A stretch of DNA of 64,000 bases from assembly GCA_030141605.1 (NCBI GenBank), contig JAQGDQ010000285.1, forward strand, positions 69,444-133,443, given 5' to 3'. This document shows positions 53,931 to 64,000 of the stretch, piece after piece; the stretch's first letter is position 1; each line of letters begins with the position of its first letter. Below the pieces are notes generated by a model, which was not told the DNA's origin, did no database searches, and saw nothing but the letters and a program-made list of their open reading frames with translations. The position numbers and the translations under genes are program-made. Source of the stretch: Tubiluchus corallicola (lineage: Eukaryota > Animalia > Priapulida).

Positions 53931-55886
53931 TAGGTGGGTAAAGATAGCTCCTAGTAAGGGGGTACCTAGAACAAATTGCAATCGAATTTTCTTTTGAGAT
54001 TCTGTTAGAGCGTGGTTTTGAATGGGTCACTGGAATTGATTTTTCATTATCAGTACTTGTAATAGAAATGGAATTTCTACAGATAGACCTCTGCGGACGT
54101 CTCCACAAACAGTGTCCACAAACATCATTTCTTTTGCATCTAGATGGTGCCTATGGAGGTCAAATGTCGACTGTTTCTCCTAAAATATCGATCCAGAAGA
54201 AAAGTATGTTGTGTTGGCATGTGATAGGAAAACACACATATGTGTTATACCAATGCCAATAAGCCTTTTCGTAGTTGCAGCGATTGACGATGACCATGAA
54301 AAGGTAGGAGTTTGGTGTACCAGACAATGCGTTTGTCTTGTAGGTACCGCTAGTGCATATATGTATGATTTATTCCAGTGTCACATTTTTAACAATAACG
54401 AAGCAGAGATTTGATTTGCCCATCAGACTGTCCCCATCAGTAAGCTCTCAACAGTTATAGCAATTGACAATGTCTTGAAAAGGTCAAAGGTTAAGTGTAC
54501 CAGATAATGCATTTGCGTACACTTGACAACAGCCCATGCTATTGTAACAGTAACAGTTTTAGCAGCTAACTAGAACCTTACCTAGTTCATTTTTTCTTGT
54601 TTCCAAGGATGATCCTGCTAGTAAATCACCTTTACACAGACTAATGCATAATTAAGTGAAGTACATGTAAAACAACAACTGAAGTTACTGAACTGAGGCG
54701 GCAGACGGCTTTGCTTTACCCATGTGTCACGTGACGGTTGGAGTTAAGACACATTGCTGTGGTACACTTAACCTTCGATTTACAGCAACTGCACATGTGC
54801 ATGCCGAATGTGATAAGGCTTATTGGAAATGTGACCTCATCTCCGCGTTTTACAAAAACATTTTCACCCAAGCCACCCATACTCGTCCTGTCCGACCCTA
54901 TGCCCGATAGCTATCCGATTATGCTCCTAGGCCATCCTGAGCAAGCTGACTTCACCCCTTGGCTTTGCACCACAGACTGCATTGATGTAGATTCTGTTGC
55001 ATAGCAGCAAGACGTGCACCCTTTCCATGATAGTTCAGACTCTTTCCACTCTGAAGTTGCCTATGTGCCATACTTTGCATCTACTACTGTAGTTTCGCTT
55101 TGGCAACAAAGACGAATTGTACTAGAGAGTAAGTAAGCCAATTCCAGTGACTAACATTATCAACAGACGCCGTCTTAAAGTCCTCCCCACATGTAATACA
55201 TTACCAAAATGATGTACCTCTCTAATGGCAGCGCTTCCTTCCATGGCCTAGTGATGCAATGCTGCTCTAAATGACTTGACAACGGCGTCGTGACGTCATA
55301 AGTGACGTCACAACATTTATATGGTGCATTTGCCTATCAGCCGTCAACACATAATTTTCTTCAAGGATCGATTGTTAATGAGAAGTAGTCGACTTTTGAC
55401 CTTTATAGGCACCATCTAGATGCCAAGGAAATGATGTTTGTGGACACTGTTTGTGGAGACGTATGCTCAATCTGTAGCTGATTTTCATTTCTAATACAAG
55501 TACTGATAACGAAAAATCAATTCCAGTGACCCATTTTCAACAAAAATGAAACAGTGATGTTCTAAATACGTCATAATATTATTGTGACATCATCATGACG
55601 TCATAGATGAAAAACGGCACTTTTTTTGGAATCCGCCGGTGCACTTTCTTATCAGTCGATAATGCATACTTTTTATCTAGGTACGATGATTTAGGAGATG
55701 ATGAGATATATCGGATTTTTGGCCCCATGCAGTAGGCGCCTTCTTGGATTCATGTATAATCAAAAGTATCAAAGCCGATTTTGGCCGATTTTTTGTCGAG
55801 GGCACTTGATACTACATTCTAATAGAATCTGACGAAAAAAAATCTATTGCAATTTGTTCTAGGTTGTTTGCCATCTTTACCTCCTA
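53931..55886. mobile_element. Non-autonomous DNA transposon with long TIRs (Academ-like termini)
   Basis: TAG...CTA termini with TAA on both flanks; 53931-54240 is the imperfect reverse complement of 55810-55886 plus 55318-55535. Confidence 0.7.
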
Positions 55887-56160
55887 TAAGTTTCTGCATT
55901 AAAATACGGCACGTTGTACTTGGTAAACGAAAATGTAAAGTTAAGGTTCAGGACTGATTTAAAGATTATGTGTTAAGATACCTGGTATAGATTTTTGCAA
56001 CACCATATATTGTAATACAAATATATATAAGTAGTAATATACATGATATGAGCTTGAATACTACAAAGTTGAATTTCTGTAGATATGTTATTTTACTAAG
56101 TTCCCATTATCTATTTTGCTAACATTCTGTTGTCTTTGTAAACTGTATATTTTTATGTGA

Positions 56161-56330
<170 letters not shown>

Positions 56331-56339
56331 CGAGAGAGA

Positions 56340-57392
56340 TTTATTTTTATTTATTTAAAATCTTTATTAATAAAACCTCTACTTGCAGGTACAACATTAG
56401 CATAAGTATAAATTTTACAAATTGTCTAATAAAATAATAAAATAAAGTGACTCTAAACACAGTATAAATTACAAATTAAAATTACAAAGATAGCAAAAGT
56501 ACAACCGCTAGTTTAATAACACGTATCATGATACTCCTGATATTTGCTGTCTAATGAAATCCTCCTTAATTACTTCAACAAATAATCTCAAAGTGTTGCT
56601 ATCATTTTGCTTTTGAATTAACACAGCAATGTTAGTGGTGTTAATGTTATTCTTAAAAAACATACGCTTTTGTGAGTCTATGAAAGGGCAGTCGAAAAGT
56701 AGATGTTCACAAATTTTGGGGAAGACCACATAAACAAGAATTGTTAGGTATGAGTCCTAATCGGAATAAAAATGTTAAAAAAATTCTTGTACATGAATAA
56801 AACTTAGAGCAATGGATTCCAACTCTCTATTTGTAGGTGAAATTGGTAAATTAAAGGACTTGAGTTGTGGGATTATACCAAACCATTCATTTCTGTTTTC
56901 TAACAAAGTATAAGTATTGAATTGTCTGTGCCAAAGAGTTTGCTTGAATTTATCCAGATCAGATTTTGTAACAGACCAATTAACTATAGAAAGTTCTTTG
57001 TTGTTAATTCGCCCTGCATCTCTAGTAGTAGCTAAAAATTGCCTTAAATTCTAGCATAATATTTTACAAAGCAGTTATATGACAGATAAAAGTTAGTATT
57101 AAATATATACAAAAGTTCTTTCTTAACTAGATCATCATCACCACCCTGCAATATTTTACGTAGAAATCTCACATTAGGAGCTTTCATTTCGATTTCTAGA
57201 GGAGGCAAACCACATAAAATTTCTAACAATACCCTGCAAGGTTTAAAGGATGAACCCGTTACAGTTCTGAGGACATCATAATACAAGTTATGAAATAATG
57301 AATATTTTTAGCTAGCCAAACAATGGCACTGTATAGTAGTATATCAGGTAGTACAAATGTTTTAAACAGTTGTATAATAGTTGCCATTCTCA
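56340..57392 (-). mobile_element. 5'-truncated, frameshifted non-LTR retrotransposon (I/R1-group-like ORF2 C-terminus)
   Basis: Fragments IIQLFKTFVLPDILLYSAIVW, LLEILCGLPPLEIEMKA and the CCHC-type C.CG....EHLLFDCP; AATAAA and a TAAA-rich tail at ~56340-56367. Confidence 0.8.
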
Positions 57393-57649
57393 TTCCTCTG
57401 AGAGAGAGAGCGAGAGAAAAGAAGAAAAGAGGAAGGGCAAAACGAAAAACGAACCTTATGTCAAAGTACAAAACACATGATACAATACAGTAACTATGTA
57501 AATACAGCTGGTTGTTGCTTAATACCTTACTGAAAAACCCGTTCTAGGCTCACTCTATACAGCTATACCGAGCAAAGGAAACGAAGCACAATACTCTGTA
57601 CACACATTTTTGTTTGTTTGAAGTAGACCTGTCCGAAGCTAAGACCGCC

Positions 57650-57657
57650 TATAAAAG
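57650..57657 (+). promoter_or_regulatory. TATA box (TATAAAAG) with GC-rich flanks, upstream of an orphan exon array
   Basis: CCGCCTATAAAAGCAG; donors GTAAGC (57827) and GTGAGT (57853) lie ~150-170 nt downstream of the expected TSS. Confidence 0.5.
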
Positions 57658-58757
57658 CAGTCAGCACGTCATTGCAAGGTTTTCATGTTGAGCGTCTTCA
57701 TTGTGAAACACGCGAAGTTTATTATCAGTAATTTCTAGCGTAGGCCAACGTATAGCATTATCAAGACGTTCGCAGCTGTGATCAGATAATTATTGTTTAT
57801 ATCAGTGAATAACTTTCAACATCTGAGTAAGCTTGTGCAATTTGGAGTAAACGTGAGTACATTTTATATTTTTACTTTCTATGAAGAAAACATCTTTGGT
57901 ATCGCAATATGGCCACACAATATTAAAATTAAATCAGCATTTCTAATGCGTATGACACATTTTGTGCACTTGGTAAGAATCAACTGTGCACATTCATATT
58001 TATTTGTTAACCATATTAACCATGTTTTATTTGTTTAGTTGAATGTTCTCATTGTTTTTATTATTTGAGCTTCGCTTGTACCTAATAAAATTAGTCAGCA
58101 AATGTAATAATTAAAATTTTCGCATAATTTGGTTTTTTATTATTATTTTGTGAAATTGTATAAGACGGGCATAACACATGAAGATTATCATAATCTGTTT
58201 TCCAATCTCTTCCCAAAATTTTTTGCAGTGCTGTACAAGGGATATCACATAAATTAGGCTCTGCATAGCTTACAATTTGTATCAGAACTAAAATGTCTTT
58301 TTTTAATTACAAGATTTAGAGAAATATGCTGGCTAATAAGCAAGTAATATAAAATGAATTTAAATAATTCGATTTTAAAGTTGAAATTACTTCTTGTGGT
58401 TGATTCTCTGTTAAAACTTTACACTGTATTCTGTATTAAACAGTTCATTTTTATTCAATAATCATTTGTTTATTTTCAAACTTTATGAATTTTATTTTTC
58501 ATTGCTCTGAATGCTAGTTAACTTCGTTGTTGAATATCATTAAACAAGGATGAGGGGTGTGTATAATGAAAAATCTGTATCACTACTAAACCACAAATAA
58601 ACGTGCCGCATGACTGTATTCCATCGGCATAATACATTATAAAGAATATCGATTGTTTATCATTCTGTTGGAAACTTATTTATAGAAGATTAATTACGTC
58701 ACTGCTCAAATTGCGCAATTTATTAATGAATCTTGTTGATTTAATTTTCGTTTTTAG

Positions 58758-60610
58758 GTGCCACTCCAATTTTGCAATGGACGCGGGGACTAACAAACAT
58801 CGAATTCACAGGTCGCCAAATTCCTGCCCGTATGTACGTAGCGGAAGCAAAAGAGAGCGGAAATAGCAGATCCTAAGGGAAGGCGTTCGGCTGATGTAAA
58901 CGAATAATAGATCAAATATGAGTTTATGTACAAAAGTCTAGTTTATATTTAACTAAACCCACAATTCCTCAATTCTTAAAATCCTGGCTCTTTAAATTTT
59001 AATTACCTAATTAGAAGTTTGCCTGATTAGAAATTGTGGAAATTCAATACGTGTGAAGCAGTAACAATTTGTAATTAGGCATACTTTTAAAGCAACATAT
59101 TACAATTAGGCTTTTCACAAGAACTTCATGTAAAAGACCAGCTCTTTAAGTCAAGTTTTTCTTATAAAATGTTCGCTTACATTAAACTTTGATTTATTTT
59201 CCCTGCTTCGAGGTTGAAGTATGTTAGGTAATTTGGCTGAAGAGTTTTTAAACACTCTTGTATATTAATATTAACGTTTCTTTCCAGTTGAAGATGCGGC
59301 AACTTCACAGTTACGGTCGTAGATGGGAAGTAGGTACTACTAGGTTGCGTTGGGCGCGGAAACACGATTCAAGTGCGACGTTGGCACTACATAAGGTAAA
59401 ACTGCCCGTGGGAGTACGAGGACCCGATACAAGCTCCACAACCTCGAGTGATGAGGTAAGCGTGACATTATAGATTCCCGTGGCTGCCCTTATAATATGT
59501 GATGATAATAATTTAATCTGATGCCTTCACGCTGAGAAAATATCTCAAGTATCTCTAGTTTTGTCGTGGTTCAATTTTCAGTTATAAGTGCATGTGTTAG
59601 GATTCTTTTCACATTATTTTTGCAACAAATGTAGGAACAAATGTAATGAATGAGAACAGTTTTCCAAGCATGGCATTATTATAAAGAGCAGTGAAAAATA
59701 CAACTTTAAAATCCTAATATGCGAATAAAGTTATGCTTTCTTTAGTGATTTTGACAATCATAATGATTATCAATTATTGTTTTCAATGTAGTATTATTTT
59801 CTCTTTTTTATCATTGCTCCTAATAAAAAATGAGTGTTTAGCAAATAGTCAAAAAGATATTAAATATTTTCAGGTATTGTAATGTTTCATTTTCTTCCTT
59901 TTCATCGCGTTTATACAACATTTTTTGTCTCATTACATTGTTTTTTCGTCATTTATCTTCAGCAGTGTTTTTGTCTATTGGCGCGTTCAGACATAGAGAC
60001 TTCTCTCTCAACTTGTTGTGCAACTTCTTTCTGAGAGAAGCGGCCAAGCCGTTCACACGTTGCAACAACTTGCGAGAGAAGTTGCCAAACCGTTCACATT
60101 TTGCGAGGCACGTCGCTACATCTGAACGTGCCATAATACAGCCAACGCTCTGACATTGTCTTTGAAAACAAACTTTAATAAGTGTAGAAAGGATAATCTC
60201 ATCTTTGCTATCGGCTATAACGGTCAGATTCATTATAACGTAACGAATTGTTCCACACCAGATGTCGCACGTGGTAGTGTGTTTGCTAATCATTTTGCAA
60301 GGTATTTCCTTGTGTGGAAATTCTCAAATGCTCACAAAGATGTTTAATTTTTTTAATTTGTGTTAGTAGTTTTTTTGACACTTATTTTCTACTAATGTTC
60401 AACTTTGACAATTATTTTAGATTCAAATCAATCGTGATTATACGAAGCAACAACAGCAGCATCGACAAAGACCGCAAAAAGATGATGGTATAGCAGTCCA
60501 TGCACAAGAAATCCTATGACAGATACTGTGGATACTCCAAAATCATGGCAGCAACAAAGCTTCTTCCACCTTGGAACATGGACAGTTCTTTCCGCACAAT
60601 CTCTTAAGGT
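58758..60610 (+). other. Orphan multi-exon unit (short-ORF gene, lncRNA or pseudogene)
   Basis: GC-richer blocks bounded by good splice signals: 58758-58833, 59288-59455 (open 56-codon frame), ~59963/59997-60301 and 60421 onward. No recognisable homology. Confidence 0.35.
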
Positions 60611-62222
60611 CATGTAAATATTACTGATTTTCTGTTGAAATAGTGAGTCCAAGGCCAAAACGTAAATTAAATGGTGGGATTTAAGAATTAGCATTAAAGG
60701 TGCTAATACTTAAATAATTAAATTGAATTTAAATACTTTTAATCGCAATATAATAAAAGTTAGAATAAATACAAAAATTTCTCGTTGAAAGTGTCTATTT
60801 TTGTTTTTAGTATTTGATCACAATTCGGTCTTAAATATTCAAATGTAAACTTTCTACACGGATTCAATTTACGAATCAGACGTACAAACAACGAAGTCTG
60901 TCACTGAAGTTACTCTGCTATTTAAAAAGTTAGATCACAAACTATGAAAAAGGGAGGCTACTGAAAGCAGGGTGATCAGATTTGTTACCAAATTCATCAT
61001 TTTATGAATATCCGTATGCACAAACGCGAAACTTTCACATCATCATATAGCTTACAGCCTAATGTTTTCTCAGTGATAGTATAGTTTATCTAGAAAAAAC
61101 GCAAGTTTGAGAACATTTTCTTAGAATTTAGTTGACAGGGGGAAAGTTAAGTGCCTCAAATTTCAATTTTGAAGAAAAACTAGATTACAAGTACTTTGCA
61201 ATTTTAGTAGAACGATTGATGTTTGTTTTTCCAACTATTTTATGGTCTATGTAATTATTGACTTAAACAAGTTAAAAAAGAGATCGAAGAGCTGATTCTT
61301 TAGTTTGAATTTCGTTGTTATTTTTTATGAATACTTCATTTTCAAGCTGCTGCCTGTTTTATATATGTATTTAGTACCTAGTTAATACTATTACGCTAGG
61401 TAATTATTACAAAGCGTAATAAGTAAGGCCTATAGTTGACAGAAGAGGGTAAAAGTAGAAAGTGGAGCTCCTTGAGTCACAAACGCGTTTTTCTAAATTT
61501 GGTAACAACTTTTTGACACCAAATTTTACCCCCGAAAGCTTGAGAAGCCCCACCTTCACTTATAATGTACTAACATTAAAATTAATTAATAGTTAGTTAA
61601 ATTAGTCAGAAAATTTTACAAAATCAGCAATGTGCGTGAAGTTTGGTTAGCGTTGATACAAAAATCAGCAGGTATATTTTGTAAAATTTTGACTATTTTA
61701 GTTAGTATTTAGTTTAATTACTTTATTTAGTTTTAATTAAGGAATAGAAAATTAAGAAATAGATTCATAGCTACTAACTCCTCTAAATGAGCAGAAATTG
61801 CAGTGATGGCAGCTTGAGTTATGAAGTATTAGATGATCAAAAGTTTTCAAGTATCGCTCTTATAATTTTGTGATGATTTTTTTTATTACATTTGGAACTC
61901 TTATTAGACATTTTATGTTTGGAAATGAAATTTTACCCTTTTCATCAGTATTGTGAAGTGTAATAAGGAATATTGCATATAACATCTGAGAGAAAAAAAT
62001 TTTGTATTATCAGTAATTTAACCTAAATTAAACTATACTCGAATGAAGTTTAATTAAAAATAGAAAAATTCATTTTCGACTGGACATTTCTTAGCTATAT
62101 TATTTTCCTTAACTATCATTATTTTTCTGTTATTTTGCTTAACTGGATAAGCTACTAGTACTTTCTGCCAATGTAACGGGTGGCACTAAAACGTTTTTAG
62201 ACAAAGGATCAGCCTTACTTAA

Positions 62223-62900
62223 GGGGCAAGAAAAATGGTACGTGAAGCAGGTTTCAGAAAAAACGTCTTAAAAAATTCTATTGCTTTATAGCCATTCATG
62301 CGTATATCGTACTCGCGTTAAAAGGATTTTTAATTTGTTTTCATTTGAAATTTCAAGCGACACTGGTCCGACCGCGCCATCACGTGACGTCACCTACACA
62401 CATAAATCAGGGGAAGAAAAGTAAATGTATGTCCCAAAAAGCTTTCCATGGAAAATTATATTACTTAGCATTTTGCTTATCTGCTTGATAGACTTATACA
62501 CGTAACTAGAAAAGAAAATGATTAATTATTTAAAATGCTTTCACCAATTGGTAAAATGTCGCTGACTCATCCTCCAGGGTGCACCACTCACTAACCAAAA
62601 ACGTATTTTTAATCTTATTGGCGAAATACAGTAATTTTAAATTTTATGTAGTTAGTGACGTGTGCGCTACGAATGCCCTGATTATTTTTTCAAATTTTAC
62701 ACACTGTTATTTTAACTTGTTTCAAATGAGTTATCGTCAAAATGGCTGCGTCTAACAGTCATCGCGGGAGTTTAAATTTACATGTTTTATACAGCGTAAC
62801 TGCTAACGCAAGCCCTGTATGCAAAAAGGCAGTATATAAGTGGTAAAAAATTTCAAGACGAATTTTTAAGCTTTATGTAAGTGGAGGGTTTTCTTGTACC
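62223..62900. mobile_element. Kolobok-like non-autonomous element
   Basis: TTAA|GGGGCAAGAAAA...TTTTCTTGTACC|TTAA (10/12 TIR match, TTAA TSD, GG termini). Confidence 0.65.
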
Positions 62901-64000
62901 TTAACGACTCCGTCACTCCGGTTAAGCCGTTTCATTTCCTTCGAAGCATTAGCGTCATTGAGCAAAAACTTAGTATATACAGTGACTGAGAAAAATTAAA
63001 CGAGTAAGCTTCCCACGCTGTTTCTCTAGCTTTATTTCGTAAATGTTGTTTTTATAATGCGATAATCTTATGAATAGCAGAATTTAAATATACTAAACTT
63101 CTTCTTAATATTCAGGCTTTCTGCACAAATTTCTTAATTTTCTAAATTCAAAATTTAAATAACACAGGATCTTTGTAATTATCAGCAGTTATTAATTTTA
63201 ATTTATATTTTGTACTCCATTTTTTAAGTAAAATTACCAAATTTATTGCCTAATTCCAGAAAGCATTACTGTACTCTTTATGTACATCAATTTAAAATCA
63301 AATTAACATAGCATAAGGTTGACTTATTTTGACTTATTTATGTTGTGATAGGTCCTGCTTACAGACATCCGCTAACGCGTTATTAGGTAAAAATCACTTT
63401 GTTTTCAATGAACTCGTTTATCAGACCTGAGTTATTGTGTTACCTTTTCTGCAGTTATTATCATTGGGTTGTCTATACGTGGATACCAATAACGCATAAC
63501 GCATTCGGGATGTCTGGTAAACGCTGCTTTAGTGAGCTTTAAATTTTATCCACTTTTGCTGTAGTCTTTTTACGTTCTACACTATGTTGTTTCAGATTCA
63601 TACAGCAGCACACATTAAAATTAGACTGTGAGAGCTAGCACACCACAAGAACTTTTGCTGATTGAAAAATACCACATACGAGTGTTTCAGTGTGAGCTTG
63701 GTAAGCAAAGCAGTTTTTGTATCTATGATTTTGTATTGAATGAGACCTAAATGAGAAAAACTGATCTGATGTAAGTTTTAATACAGTTTATAAAGTTGGC
63801 ACCAGTACTTAAATGTCGGGGCCTGCCGCTAATGTTGGATGCTGTAATTTTTTCCGTAACTGACAGTAACAAAAGGAAAAGCTTCACGAGTGCAAAGTAA
63901 TAACTGACGAACACATTTGGTTGGATAAATAAAAAAAAACGTTTTCTGCAACAGTGTATTAATCTCAAAATTTGCTTCTCAAGCCTTGATCTCGTGGTTT

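Noticed and set aside
59294-59323. MRQLHSYGRR as an amidated neuropeptide
   Set aside because: No signal peptide in any plausible upstream exon.
60190-60245. RHIM-like motif (NLIFAIGYNGQIHYN)
   Set aside because: It lacks the (I/V)Q(I/V)G core and the frame is interrupted upstream.

Overview
This is AT-rich, intron-rich animal genomic DNA, most likely from a protostome invertebrate; there is nothing prokaryotic and no CRISPR. Four protein-coding genes can be spliced together by hand. (1) A small + strand luqin/RYamide-type neuropeptide precursor (16925-22380; 3 coding exons, 85 aa; predicted mature peptide DRFSQSQWRPSGRY-amide plus a C-terminal C-x10-C domain). (2) A - strand non-muscle myosin essential light chain (Mlc-c/MYL6-like, 147 aa, 6 coding exons). 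(3) A - strand ROGDI (262 aa, 8 coding exons, last intron GC-AG). (4) A - strand RBM48 (minor-spliceosome RRM protein, 334 aa) whose coding region has no introns. A TATA-led, multi-exon orphan unit (about 57650-60610, +) and a cluster of exon-like segments between RBM48 and ROGDI remain unexplained. The rest is microsatellites, a 16-bp minisatellite, decayed LINEs (RTE, CR1/L2, I-like), tRNA-derived SINEs, non-autonomous DNA transposons (hAT, Harbinger-like, Tigger-like, Kolobok-like, Academ-like) and several fold-back hairpins. All family assignments come from manual motif recognition; no searches were run.
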